Source: Anolis carolinensis
Lineage: Eukaryota
Assembly: GCF_035594765.1 (NCBI RefSeq)
Contig: NW_026943822.1
Span: 18,871,769-18,935,768, forward strand
Direction of reading: 5' to 3'
Length of the DNA: 64,000 nucleotides
This document shows, in pieces, positions 50,401 through 63,911 of the stretch (position 1 is the first letter of the stretch; every line of letters starts with the position of its first letter). Under the pieces are notes generated by a model. The model was not told the DNA's origin and ran no database searches. It worked only from the letters and a program-made list of their open reading frames with translations. Both the position numbers and the translations under genes were made by a program.

Positions 50401-53400
50401 TGAAGGAGGGATAGTTCAAGGCCTGCTGTGTAATGACCTGCTGCTGTAATCCGATTTATTCCAGATCTTGGAGGAGGGATATTGCAAAGTTAAGTATTCC
50501 TTGCCTAAGAAAAGCCTGTGAAATTCATGCATACAGGGGTAAAGGAGCGTGTGCACACACAAACTGTAATTACATTTCAGCATTTGCAAGGCTGCCTGTT
50601 CCCCTTGGAATACTAACAGCTGCAAAAACATTCTCTTGCTCAAACTGCTGCAAATCCATTCTTGTGCCCGATTCTGCTTCAAAGTTTTTAATGCACACGG
50701 TCGTACAGTTATTAATACAGAAAGGAGGATTGTGGAAAATTATCTCTGGCCCCATGGAATATTACGCTCTTTGCTTTAACACTTTCTGAACTCTAGAATG
50801 AAAGCCACATGCACTGAAGGGGATAGCTGGGCCAGCTTACAACCCCCCCCCCCCTTTCTTTCCCTTCCAGCTGCCTTCGGTGCCATAACAGCTACTTACT
50901 TGTTCGGTTTGAGGCAGATGTGCCGAGCTCTACCAGGTTCTTCTCGCAGAACAAGTTGCTAATTATTATGTCAGGCTTATCTCTGTAGGAAGCACAGGCA
51001 GGACTTGGCACTGCTGAGGAGCCACTGTTGTGTAGCATCCGGTTGCTTTGACAGTAAGGATAGCTGAAGATGACCTCCTGGAAAGTCTGCTCAGTTTGTT
51101 CATGTTCCCATATTTATTAGATTGTTAGTATATATCTGACATTGCCTGGGTGTTGGAGGGGCTTCTGCCCCCTGCTTTCATCCCTTCTTTCTCGTTCTCT
51201 CTTCTCATACCTTTCCCCCTTTCCTTTCTCTTCCTTTCCTCCTTTTTCTTTCTTTCCGATTCACTCTCTTCATTCCTTTCTTTCTATTCTTTTCTTCCCT
51301 CCCTCTCTCATACACGTCATCTTTCTTTCCCAGTGACAACACAGAGGACCACTTTACCTAGCAAAAGCCTTTGTGCTCCAAACAGACAGACTTTGACTTA
51401 AGGATAGATAGATAGATAGATATGTGATTCGGAAGTGACTCCATTCTTGGATTTGACTCCTGTGGAATAAATTACTCACTGATTTGTTTAAAATGTTGTC
51501 TCTTTGAATTTGTAGGTCCTTCAGTGCAATTCTGTGATCAACATCTGTTTTTGTACTTGTTTTTGTTGGTGTCTTTTGTCCCAAACGCCAGCAGATGTGG
51601 AAGTGCTGTTTTACCTTGTTGGTTTTCCTCTCTGTCACCAGAATTCACCACCTTTAGATGGATCAATAGCATTCAAAATATTCTGAGAATTAGTTTAAGG
51701 GAATAAAGTGAACCGAAATAAGCTAAAATGCATATGAGTTGCCCAGGAGAATTTCAGACGGTGTTTCTGAGACAGCAGACATGGGTTGCCATACCAAATC
51801 CCGCATGCCTTTGTAACTACATCACATTGTTGGCTGCCTGCTCAGATTGTGATTCACCGCACTGCTTGGATCCTCTTGGCAGTCTTGTTGCACAATGAGT
51901 TACCTCACTTTTGAATTGGTTAGTTCTTTCATCCCTCTAAATTTGAAACCTATCTTCTGTTTTCTTTGCGGATAAATATATACCGGTATGTAAATTATGC
52001 AGGCTAGTTGTTGTTGATTAAAAGACCTCAGTTAGATGCAGTTGTCAATATGGTAAACAAATCTGAGTTATTGCAGCTGATCTGGAATGTGGCACCCGAA
52101 GTTTGAATTTTTTTTTTTAAAGGAATGTTCTGGCTTTTACATTTATGTGCATATGCAAAGTGTGGATTGCATTCTGTAAATCTGCAAAAGACATCTGGGT
52201 GCTAAGAAGAGGGTTTGGTGGGTGGATTTCGTGCCTCAATAACTAATAGGGGTTTCTTCAATCTTGTCCCATCCAAAATCCAGGCTGCTTGGGATTGTTT
52301 AATGCTTTTCAATCATGGGTGGGAAAATGAATTGGTCCGTGGGCTAATATTCAGACTTTCAAAATGCTGTACTGATGGCCTTAACTGCTGGAAAATTAGA
52401 GAGAAATAAAATTATCTGGAAGTCCACATCTAATTTTGAAAACTAGGTATTTTTATGTAAATTAGGCAATGACTGGGGAGACTAGTCCATGTAAAAGGCG
52501 AGATATCACTCCTGGAACACTTCCAAGAGAGGCAGTTCATCCTTTTTATGGCTCTAAAAATGGAGGCCCAGAGACACGGGAGGCTGCAAAATCATTGGAC
52601 TTTGCCCACCCCTGTTTTAAACATCACGGTATGGAAGATATTTCAAGTTAACAATTAACATTTAAACAGTTTGTGTGTATTAAGTCCCCACTAGATGGAG
52701 GCATTCTCTGCGGCATGCTATAGACCTCTTGGTTTCTTTTTTCCTCAGGGGATGGTATGAACGCCTATGTAGCCTACAAGGTATCAACCCAGGTATGTTT
52801 TCTGGAATTCAGCAAACAATCTCCTGTTTTGTACATTTTTATACATAGATACAAATGTTTCTATTGCATATATGTCTATTGGGTTGGTGATTTGTCTTAT
52901 GCTATGCTAACGTATAGATTAATCCTGCAGTTCACTTCTGGAAATGTTAAATAGAGTGTGTTCTCTCAGGTTAAAAAATAGCAACTTTTCTTTTCTTTCA
53001 TTGTTTTACTTTTGTGGTAGTGCAGTGTCCTTAACACCAGCGAATGTGGAGGACCAAATGTGGATAGATATGTCTGCAAGATACAACCTAGTGCAGAGTG
53101 CTCCATATTAATCTCGTGTTTTTTCATTGTCTCTTCAGACCACGTTGTCACTGTTCAGGAGTAAGCAGTTCTCAGTCAAGCGAAGATTCAGCGACTTCTT
53201 GGGCTTGTATGAGAAACTGTCTGAGAAGCATGCACAGAATGGTTTCATTGTCCCTCCACCTCCTGAGAAGAGCTTAATAGGTGCGTGTGAACAGTAAACC
53301 TTACTAGCAGTATCATGTGACACACATGCACTCTTCGCCATACTGCCTTGTGATCTTTTATTTACAAACAGTGCCTTGTCCCACTGCTTTTTTTCATCCT

Positions 53401-56400
53401 CTGTATAAAGAATGAGCTTTCCTGTCAAAGCTAAAATAATCCTGAATGTATACGGGACATGCATAGATGCAGTTGATGGTATTTCTTCCCTCTCTTATTC
53501 CAGGTATGACCAAAGTAAAAGTTGGAAAAGAAGATTCTTCTTCCACAGAATTCCTAGAAAAACGCCGAGCTGCCTTAGAAAGGTAATTTCAAATACTGGT
53601 TTCTGTCATGGCTGTAATTGTAAAAAGACTATAGTGCACTAAACACGTCAATACAGAAGTTTGTTCATAAAGGTAAACTGCTTTAAAGCTGCTGTCAATG
53701 AATTCAGGAAGGAGGCTCCCCCCTCCCAAGTTTTTAAAGAGTTTGGACACAAGCCAGTTCCTTTGTCTAGTAGTGATTGATATGAACAGTTTTTGACTGG
53801 TTTGCGTAAATCTCTTCCCATTTTCTATTAACTGGAATAAACTAGGCAACAAGTGTGGCTGGTGGGAGTCGTTCAAACTGGATCCACCATCAAAAGATTC
53901 CACAGTGAATGGGGAAGTAAGAGGGGAAGCGGCATTATCCCAGTTCTTGTTCTTAGGGTTTCACTTTAAGTGATACACACGAACTCAAAATAGTTGCTTT
54001 TCTTTGGGATGTTATTGTTAAAGTTTTTTTAACTTTGCTTAAACTGGGACTGTGCTTCTTAGATGGGTGCAGAATGAACAGCTGTGCAGACTAATGATCG
54101 TGGAGACTAATAGCAAAGTGATTCTCATTGTGTGATTTTTTTTTTTGTAGCCAAAACCATAACAATATACATCAGGCAAGGATCAGCTAACTACAGGGGC
54201 TCAAAGATTTGGAAGAGAAAAAATGTTGGGATATTATCCCAAAAATAATTATTGGGGAGCTAGTGTGAATAATTGGCACTAGTTTCTCAGGATCCGTGAG
54301 GCTATGACATGTTATAAAGGAAGACATGACTAACTAAAAACTTTTTCCTTTAATGATGCTGAAGAGAAGTTAATGATGAAATTTGGAGCATAAACATGGA
54401 CTTTGGAAGCGTTCTAACTCTCAGGCAGGCAAGAGGCAAATTGAGATCTAACAGCACCAATGATTGTTATTGCTTTAAAGAGTGCTTGTGGGGTTAGAAA
54501 GGTGGAACTAGGAATGGGATTCTTTACATGTCGAGTATGGCAAACTCTAATCTTCGAAAGCGAAGCACATTCTTGAATATAGCAAAGCACTGCAACACTT
54601 GAAGCTGTTTGTCAGAGCTGGCAAAAGTTACACTTTGAATCTCAATTCCCAGAAATATCCTGGTTGGTGTATTGGGCTCACATTTTCAGGTTGTGCTATA
54701 GACCTAATTGGTTGTGCATTCATATGTGTGATGCCAATACGATGAAATCCCCCTTATAAGCCTCTTCTTAACGCTGTATGTATCAAGAATATGACAGTGC
54801 AGGATGCAGGCCCCTCACTCCTTCCTCTTTGACAGGTATCTTCAAAGGACCGTAAGTCACCCGACCATGTTGCAGGACCCAGACGTCAGGGAGTTCCTGG
54901 AAAAAGAGGAGGTTGGTTTCCCGCTGTTCCTGAGTGTGTGCTCTCTTGCCTGCAAAATGTTACTGCACTTGTGTCCTAAGCATCCTTAACATGGCTTATT
55001 GGGTAAAAAGTGGGGAATTCATGCATATCTTTTTAGATGTTCTTGAGCTCAATGGATATGTATCAGGGATGGGGTGAACTTTCAAGTATGGAAACAGGGA
55101 AAGCGTGAAACTGTTATTGCAACTGGACCGGAGACAAGTATAAACTTTGGATTCAGCAGAGCCATCACTCAAGGAAAAGGAATGTGCGTCTGGGTCAAGT
55201 TATAACGCACCACAGCCCGTGGTTATGGATATTTTCTCCTTTTACCATCTGTGATAGTTTATCAGTTCTTAACAAAGAGGCCTGTCTTTCAGTCTTTTTG
55301 GTTTCAAACTGAGGTATAATGGCTTGCTTCTCTTTTTTTTGCTGACTAAATCACATACTCCTTTGGTTATGAAATGAAACCTTCCTGTCAGTGGTTTGGT
55401 TGTGTTTTCTGTATCACAGCTTCTCTCTTTTGGAAAAATCTGCCTGATTATGTTGCATTGATTTTTTAAAAGATGCAAGTACTACCCCACAAAGAAAGTT
55501 TGGAAGCCTTCATAAATAATGTGGAAGGAGTTTGAAGTTTTTTTTTACCTCAACCTTTAACAATAACAACAAAGCGATGATGTCTCTCTAATATTGCCTA
55601 GTCATTGATCTGGAAGAATTAATGATGGACTCTTAAACTATACTAAGAATCTTCTTTTATAACTGGATTAGAGATTGTATGAGCTTCTCCAAAGCCACTG
55701 GACTACTGAGTTGTTGTTACTATAATTATTATGTAACTGGAATATAGATGGTTTTCTGAAGAGGCACGGGCCACTGGACAATATAACAATAGTAGCATGA
55801 TCCCTTACTGTTTTGTGCAGTTTTGCTTTACTACATGATCAAACTGGGATGCTGCGAGGTCACTAGGTTTTTGTTTTCCTTTTTTACCACCATGACAGCA
55901 AATAGCAACTGGATCATGGTGACTTTGCTGCTTCCAGAGCTGACAATGAGGTAGTTTCCATGTGGGAAATAATACCTTCCAGAATTGATGGCCCCATGGC
56001 CATTGTTTTAGCTTGTCACAGTTTAAAGAGCACATATGTGTGTTGCTCTTTCAGTATAAGTGTTGTGTTAGAACAAAAATAAGCCACTGCCCTTTGATTA
56101 GAATCCTAACTAGTACCTGCACTTGCTTTGTTCATGCTGATTTTTCATGGCATCTTAATACAGACGTTGAGGTGGCTCTGTTCAGTAGCAATGTAAATAA
56201 TCGGTTTCCCAATCTTTTCTCAGCTGCCGCGAGCTGTTAGTACCCAAACATTAAGTGGTGCTGGCCTCCTGAAGATGTTCAACAGAGCTACCGACGCTGT
56301 CAGCAAAATGACCATTAAGATGAATGAATCTGACATTGTAAGTATATGACATTCTTGAGCTGCTCTTGCTGCATATGTCTTCTTCGTACATAAAGGAAGT

Positions 56401-59400
56401 GCCCCAATTTATCTGATGTATTAGGGATCTGATTGCTGTCAAAAATGGAATCGGTTGAAAAGTGAAACCCAAGTTTTGGCTACTGAAAAATGTAAATAAC
56501 ACATGCATGATAAAGCTGAAACAGCTTTTGTGCACATTCAAAGGTTATTTAAGGAGGGGCCCACTCTTTCTGTAGGCAATAAGAATTAACAAAAGAGCAC
56601 AACTCTCATCAAGTTAATAGAATGTATCTGTAAGCATTGAAATAGCAAGTTGTCAGAAAGTGAAGTATCAAACGATAAGGGAGGTCTGTATTGTCCTTAG
56701 TGTTTTCAACGAGACTTCATCTGTTCTCTTCCCTTTCCAGTGGTTTGAAGAGAAGCTTCAGGAGGTGGAATGCGAGGAGCAGCGTCTGCGGAAGCTGCAT
56801 GCTGTTGTCGAAATGCTAGTAAATCACCGGAAAGGTAACTTCCCATATGAACTAATTATGTGCAGTTGAAAAATCATTGGATGCACCTTTAGTCAGACAG
56901 GTCCGATCTAAGCTTGCATTGGGATTTTGTTAGCAAGGTCAACTTCTCCCATTGTTAAGCGCATTTGTTTCCTTTTTAAGTCTCTTTTCCCAACAAGATG
57001 TAACTGTTATGGCTCTAAATATGAGGGAGAGATGGGACTTCTCATGGCAAGGGAGATTGCCACATAGCATATAAATCAAAGCACTTAGTGGAAAACAGCT
57101 TCATATAGAATTTTCTGTCTCTATGCATCATATTTCAGTGTGGTATCCAATGATTGAGATCATACATTATATAAAATACACTTTTCCTTTTCCATTCCCC
57201 TCCTGGGATCCCTTCAGCACCTACCCACATATTTTTCAAGAGGAAATGGGCAGAAAGTCAGCTTGACCATCTTTCTCAGGCAATCCCCTTACTGTTTCTT
57301 TTCCTACTGGTTGTAACATTGTGCCTCACACCTGACCTAACTAGCACCCAGCTGCCCTTAACACTCTCTGCTTGGTCCCCCAGAGCTCTCCCTGAACACG
57401 GGCCAGTTTGCGAAGAGTTTGGCCATGCTGGGGAGTTCGGAGGACAACACGGCCCTCTCCCGCGCACTCTCCCAGCTGGCTGAGGTGGAAGAGAAGATTG
57501 AACAGCTGCACCAGGAACAAGCCAACAGTGACTTCTTTCTCCTGGCTGAGCTCTTGAGCGATTACATTCGCCTTCTTTCCGTTGTAAGGGTAAGAATGCC
57601 TTTTGCCTTCTTTGCAAGCGGGCAGCCGTTTGTGGTGAAATATATGAATCAAATTAAAACTTGTACTGTTTTTTAAAAAGAAAAAAATGAGGTTACTTTC
57701 ATCATGCAGTCATAAGCTTCCAGAATTTACCATGTATTACATTATGTAGCAAAATTAGAAAAATTAATTATGTTCCTGCATTGAAAGTGCTATTTCCTGT
57801 TTAATTGTGCAGTACTTTCTTTGAAGGTAGTTTTTATACTCCAGAAACTAGGCAAGTGGGGTTTAATGTCCATGGTGGGAGAAAAAACTCTTGTCTGTTT
57901 GAGGCAAGTGTGAATGTTGCAATTGGCCAGCTTGATTAGCATTTCATGGCCTTGCAGCCCCTAAGCCTGGCTGCTTCCTGTTTGGGGGAATTCTTTGTTG
58001 GGAGGCATTAGCTGGCCCTGATTGTTTTCTGTCTGGAATCCATGTTTGCTGAGTGTTGTTCTTGATTTACTGTCCTGATTTTAGAGTTTTTTAAATACTG
58101 GTAGCCAGATTTTGTTCATTTTCATGCTTTCCTCCTTTCTGTTGAAATTGTCCACATGCTTGTGGATGCCTGCCATAGATGTGGGCTCAGACAACTTGCA
58201 GCAACCCAGTGATGCCTTTGGCAACACATGTATGCTAATGCTTTTACGTTAGGCCACTTCAGTTGCTCTGGGAGAAAGGTGACATATAGAAATTAAATCA
58301 ATAAAACAGGATGGCATTCCTTGTCAACAGGGTGCCTTTGACCAACGAATGAAGACTTGGCAGCGTTGGCAAGACGCCCAGGTCATGCTGCAAAAGAAGC
58401 GAGAAACAGAGGCTCGGTTGCTGTGGGCCAACAAGCCTGAGAAGCTCCAGCAAGCCAAAGAGGAGATCTCAGAGGTGAGAGGGGCATCCAAAGCTGATTC
58501 ATTTTCCCCTTGCCCCTCTGGATGAGTTGTCCAAATTATGAAACTTACCCAATAACATAGTGGAGTTTGCACAGTCCTGTGGGATGCCTTGCATGAGAAT
58601 TTGAGCAACTCCTTTGTCTGGCCACCTCTAACAACTTGATAAGTCCCATAAAAGTCAAATCAGTCTGCTGACTGGATAACCTGTCTTCTATGTGTGTCAA
58701 ACCGATGCGTCGCTTTTTAACCCGTTGCTTCTGTGTTTCCAGTGGGAATCTCGCGTGACGCAATATGAACGGGACTTTGAGCGGATATCTACGGTGCTCC
58801 GCAAGGAAGTGTTGCGGTTTGAGGTATCGTTGAGCTTCCACACCAAACATTTTTCATGTGATGCTGATGTAGAGTCGGTACCATTGCTAACTGGCAACCA
58901 GTAGGGTGATTTTAGTATAAGCTGGCTGAGTTGGTTCATGATCTTTTGGGAGATCTCTCGATTATATTGTCATGTGTTCTCAGTGGCAACAAAATGTAAT
59001 TTCACCCTCTCAGAGAAACGTTTAGAGCAGGCATGGGCAAACTTGGGCCCTCCAGGTGTTTTGGACTTCAACTCCCAGCATTCCTAACAGCCTCAGGCCC
59101 CTTCCTTTTCCTCCTCAGCTGCTTAAGCGGCTGAGGAGGAAAAGGAAAGGGCCTGAGGCTGTTAGGAATGCTGGGAGTTGAAATTCAAAACACTTGAAGG
59201 GCCCAAGTTTGCTCATGCCTGCTTTAGCAGTGTTTTTGCTGCCTCAGCCAGTGTTTTGCTCTTGCCTCCTCTTTGGTGGATTTTGTCTTATAAGTGAGAA
59301 AGGAAATGTGGAAGCCTGAAGTCTGCACACCACTGATGTACAGAAGGAACATTTGCTGATCTGCTGCACTAAGATAAGAGCTCTGGCATCTTGGAGGCTG

Positions 59401-60224
59401 ACTTCACCTACCACAAGCTTGTCTTCCAGCCTTATCAATAGGGAGGCTGCTTTGTTTCTCCCTGTTTTCCCTTGGCCTCTTTCCGTCTGCCTTTTGAGAT
59501 GTTTTATTTGATGGAACGATCTGAAAAGTTCATCACATCCTTGTGCCCATTTTGGCCAACCTAATGTTAACAAGGGCCCCCGGTGGCGCAGCATGTCAAA
59601 GCGCTGAGCTACTGAACCCACAGACCGAATGGTTGCAGGTTCGAGTGCGAAGTGAGCGCCCGATTCTGCCAAGCTAGCAGTTCAAAAACATGCAAATGTG
59701 AGTAGATCAATAGCACCGCCCCAGTGGGAAGGTAACAGCGCTTCATGCAGTCATGCCAGTGGCCACATGACCTGGGAGGTGTCTACGGACAATGCTGGCT
59801 CTTTGGCTTAGAAATGGAGATGAGCACCAACCTCCAGAGTCAGACACGACTAGACTTAATGTCAGGGGGAAACATTTACCTTTACCTATACTGTGAGTTG
59901 TTTGCAAGGAAGGACTCATGAGTATCACAGCCAGCTGCCTTTTCGGTTGTTTAGCAGAGATAGTCTGCAACCCCCTACTATCATTTTTTTAATTACAGAA
60001 AGAGAAAACAAAAGATTTCAAGACCAATGTGACCAAATACCTGGAAATGCTGTTACATTCACAACAACAGGTAAGCAGGTGATCGTTTCCATCAAATCCA
60101 CAATGATGTGAGCCCACGGTATATAAGCAAGGGCGTGTGCTGACCCTTCTCTCTTTTCTTGATGTCCCCGCAGCTTGTGAAGTACTGGGAAGCCTTCCTG
60201 CCAGAGGCAAAGGCCATCTCCTAA
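44487..60224 (+). CDS. SNX1: Sorting nexin-1 (PX-BAR), 15 coding exons, 515 aa
   Basis: Exons 44487-44624, 47414-47516, 48648-48784, 49958-50024, 52749-52792, 53139-53280, 53504-53582, 54836-54911, 56224-56337, 56741-56834, 57384-57589, 58331-58474, 58743-58823, 59999-60070 and 60174-60224. [53 protein letters not shown]-terminal [20 protein letters not shown] at 60557 and 60618. Confidence 0.97.
44656..44849. mobile_element. Palindromic hAT MITE, 97-bp arms, no spacer
   Basis: Centre ccgcttaagcgg at 44747-44758; arms differ at one position. Confidence 0.85.
45353..45880 (-). mobile_element. Non-autonomous hAT with internal ~50-bp tandem array
   Basis: Same family as 33014-33598; TSD aattagcg/aattagca. 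Confidence 0.85.
51170..51335. repeat. CT-rich low-complexity tract
   Basis: Almost purely pyrimidine on the + strand. Confidence 0.8.
57845..58225. mobile_element. Penelope-like element fragment
   Basis: aactaggcaagtggggttt...ggcaagtgtgaatgttgcaattggcc matches 13830-13990; inverted terminal remnant at 58165-58225. Confidence 0.65.
59028..59221. mobile_element. Palindromic hAT MITE
   Basis: caggcatgggcaaactt ... gtttgctcatgcctg fold-back. Confidence 0.85.
59575..59890 (+). mobile_element. Sauria SINE
   Basis: Head gggcccccggtggcgcagc, core, (ACCTTT)n tail. Confidence 0.85.
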
Positions 60225-61677
60225 CTCGGCTGAGCAAGTGCCCGTCCCGGACTGACTTTGCCTTTACTACACAATACCTCTTGGCCTTTCTGATGGATCT
60301 TGCCGAGCTGATAGACTCCTCCCTGAAGGAGAAGCCGCTTCCCCAGCTAGTAACTCTTCTAACTGTATATTTTTTCCATTTAGGTTCATATGCACAATAT
60401 ATATTTTCCTACTGAAGAGAGACTAGTTTCCTGCTTACGTCGGGCCCCGCGGTAGATAGCGGAGAGTGGGCAGGGGTCAGTTAGTTTCTGGGGCTTTTGG
60501 TATCGGGCCCAGCGAGGCTTCTTGTGGCTCCTGCAGTGCAATGATGACAACTATGTAATAAAATGCAAAAATCAGGGCCCCATGGCTCCTTTCTCTTTTT
60601 TCTGCATAGAAGGTGTGAATAAAACAATAGGATTGGCAACATAAAGTGTATACATCCTCCAGGAGTTCTGTGCATTTTGTTTAAAAGAGCATTGGGCTTG
60701 AAATTGGAAGAAAGAGAAAAATCAAGATGCAAATAATAAAAATAATATATAAATATGTAAAATAAACAAGACTGAGGGAAGCACAGTTGAGCGTGTGTGA
60801 ATGTTACGCCTCCAAGGTGTCGAACGGCAAGCAGATGCACAAACAATGGGAAAACTAGACCAAAGTTTAAGCTGCTGCGTTTTTTTTTTTAAAGTTATTA
60901 CAGCATTTACATACATAGGCAAAACATTCAATGCCTTTACAATCACATGAGACACACAAACACAAACAAAGGCAAGGCTGTGCTTTTCATTTCCGGCATC
61001 TGGAGGCGGTGTTCATCTCTGACTCTGGGAGGTGCTTTTTCTCCATTTTCAAACCAAGGAGCCTGCTATGTCACCACCTGGTCTTGTGCTAGCAAGATTG
61101 CTTTGGAATGTATCTGCCTTTTACCGCCGAAGTAGTACCTATTTATTTACTCACCTTTGCATGCTTTTGAACTGCTAGGTTGGCAGGAACTGGGCTGACA
61201 GATGGGAGCTCACCCTGTCTCGCAGATTGGAACTGGCAACCTTCAGGTCAGCAGTTCAGTAGCACAAGGGTTTAACTCAGCGTTTCTCAACCGGGTGGTC
61301 GCAAGGGGGCTCAGAGGGGTCGCCAAAGACCAGTATTTTCTGTTGGTCATGGGGGTTCTGTGTGGGAAGTTTGGCCCAATTCTATCATTGGTGAGGTTCA
61401 AGAAGCTCTTTGATTGTAGGTTAACTATAAATCCCAGCAATTACAACTCCCAAATGTCAAGGTCTATTTTCCCAAATTCCAGCAGTATTCAGGTCTGGGC
61501 ATATTGAATATTTGTGCAAAGCTTGGTCCATCATTGTCAACAGTGCGCTCTGGATGTAGGTGAACTACAACTCCAAAACTCAAGGTCAATGCACACCAAA
61601 CCCTTCCAGTATTTTCTGCTGGTCATGGGAATTCCATATGCCAAGTTTGGTTCAGTTCCATTGCTGGAGGAGTTCAT

Positions 61678-61996
61678 AAGGTAAAAGTAAAGGTTTTCCC
61701 CTGACGTTAAGTCCAATCGTGTCCGACTCGGGGTTGGTGCTCATCTTCATTTCTAAGTGAAAGAGCCAGCGTTGTCCGTAGACACCTCCAAGGTCGTGGC
61801 CGGCATGACTGCATGGAGCGCCGTTACCTTCCTGCCGGAGCGGTACCTATTAATCTCACATTGGCATGTTTTCGAACTGCTAGGTTGGCAGGAGCTGGGG
61901 CTAACAGCGGGTGCTCATCCCACTCCCGGGATTTGAACCTGGGACCTTTTGGTCCGCAAGTTCAGCAGCTCAGCACTTTAACACACTGCGCCACCA
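61678..61996 (-). mobile_element. Sauria SINE nested in the SPIN-like element
   Basis: Near-identical to 14283-14605; ggaggagttcata duplicated at 61665-61677 and 62008-62020. Confidence 0.85.
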
Positions 61997-62196
61997 CCAG
62001 GGACCCAGGAGGAGTTCATAGTGCTCTTTAATTGTAGGTGAACTATAAATCCAGCAACTACAACTCCCAATTGACAAAATCAATCCCCAGTGTTCAAATT
62101 TGGGCGTATTGGGTATTTGGTCCAGTGAATGAAAATACATCCTACATAACAGGTATTTACGATTCATAACAGGAGCAAAATGACAGTTATGAAGTA

Positions 62197-62578
62197 TCCT
62201 GTTTCCCCAAAAGTAAGACCTAGTAGAGGTTTTGCTGAATTGCTAAATATAAGGGCTCCCCCAAAAGTAAGACCTAGTAAAGTTATTGTTTGGAAGCATG
62301 CCCGCCGAAAAGAACACCAGAGCATGCAGGATCGGTAAGGTACATAGATTGTTGTACATGGAAATAATGGTAGTAACAATAAATTCTTGATAGGATTCTG
62401 GTTATGCTGGTTTGTGATGAAACTACTGTACAGTATATAATAAATGTTCATTTTTTGTTCAACAATAAATGTAAATTCTTCTTCATGGAAAAATAAGACA
62501 TCCCCTGAAAATAAGACCTAGCGCAACTTTGGGAGCAAAAATTAATATAAGACACTGTCTATTTTCGGGGAAACAGGG
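62197..62578. mobile_element. Pogo/Tigger-type MITE nested in the SPIN-like element
   Basis: cctgtttcccc(a/g)aaa inverted ends, TA flanks. Confidence 0.7.
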
Positions 62579-62942
62579 TAGCAGTTGAAATGATTTTATG
62601 GTTGGGGCTCACCTCAACATGAGGAACTGTATTAAAGGGTCGTGGCATTAGGAAGGCTGAGAACCCAATGGACACAAACAGTGCTTATCCCTGGTATATT
62701 GGAGGGGGAAAATTGCCAGCCCTGCACATTAGATAACTTAAGAAACACTGCATATTGCTCCTGTCCTATTCTTTCTTTGGCAGGGCCTAGATGAGTGGCC
62801 CTAAAAAGTCGGGACCGAAAGGGTTGCAAGAAGAAGCCAACCATTAGGAGAGGCCGTGACTCAGAGGGGTGGGCCCATTGATGCTTAAAGCCATCCCAGG
62901 GAAGGAAGGCAGATAGGCTGGAGGCGTGTGAAGGAAGGAAGG

Positions 62943-63011
62943 ATGCAGCTGGAGGTGCGAGTGCCCTCGGCAGGGCTGCGGGAAGCCGGCCAGGAGGAGA
63001 AACCACGCACG
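62943..63011 (+). CDS. SNX22: Sorting nexin-22, first coding exon (gene continues beyond the window)
   Basis: ATG..MQLEVRVPSAGLREAGQEEKPRT|gtgggt resembles the human SNX22 N-terminus MLEVHIPSVGPEAEGPRQSPEKSHM; lies directly downstream of SNX1 as in mammals; GC-rich upstream region with TGACTCA at 62857-62863. Confidence 0.7.
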
Positions 63012-63205
63012 GTGGGTCGGGGAAGAAAGAAGGGGGTGGCATTGCTTTCCAGGGGCCCCAGAAGGAGCAGAGAATGGCTTGGAATGCAGCCTCTGTCTGC
63101 TCTCTTCCCAAAATAGCATCTTTAAAAAGGACCCAGTTAAGACCAGACACAACTTTTTAAAGATGGCTCCATCAGAGGGTTGGAATGCTGTCCCAAGATC
63201 TAGAC

Positions 63206-63397
63206 CAGACATGAGAAAAGTTGGGCCTTTCAGGTGTTTTGGACTGCAACTCCCACCATTCCTCACAGCCTCAGGCCCTTTCCTTTTCCCCCTCAGCCGC
63301 TTAAGCGGCTGAGGGGGAAAAGGAAAGGGCCTGAGGCTGTGAGGAATGGTGGGAGTTGCAGTCCAAAACACCTGAAAGGCCCAACTTTGCCCATGCT
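63206..63397. mobile_element. Palindromic hAT MITE
   Basis: Fold-back centred at 63302/63303; inner ~86 bp of the arms are identical. Confidence 0.85.
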
Positions 63398-63911
63398 TGC
63401 TGTAGAGAATGAGCTCAAACCAAGCTCTCCCATCCTGAAATGAATTGCCTCCTTTTGGCTCAGCTTTCCATGCAGAGCAAAGTTTATTTTTGCCTCCTTC
63501 CCCGCCCTGCTTCGCCTTTTACTCCTCAAAGAACCTTTTGTCCAGTGGGTTTTTATTTTGTTTTGTTTTTTTCTCCCAATGGCTTCAAAGAGAGACCCAG
63601 CTGCGGTCGGGAAAGCAAGCTAGCAAGCTCGGCATTTCTTTTGGTAGGTCAAGGCTGTATTTTTCAGCTCAGAGCTACTGAAAAGCAACACCGGCCTCAT
63701 CTGTATAGCAGCCAATGAAAGCGACTCTAATCTGGCGACCTCCAGGTGTGTCGGATTACAACTCCCATAATCCCTAGACAATGTAAACAGAGTTTAAAGG
63801 GTAGTAGAAGTTGTAGTCTGAGCTAAATAACAACAACAACGATGATGATAATATTATATGAGGCATAACAACAACAGCAACAACAATGATGATAATATTA
63901 TATGAGGCATA

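Larger units (their letters stand above)
61278..62670 (+). mobile_element. SPIN/URR1-like non-autonomous hAT carrying nested insertions
   Basis: 5' cagcgtttctcaacc; 3' ttttatggttggggctcacctcaacatgaggaactgtattaaagggtcgtggcattaggaaggctgagaacc, recalled as matching SPIN/URR1 termini. Confidence 0.7.

Noticed and set aside
62632-63529. Long minus-strand ORFs with repeated FWTATPTIP or FGLQLP peptides
   Set aside because: Translations of the palindromic hAT MITE, recurring wherever the element occurs
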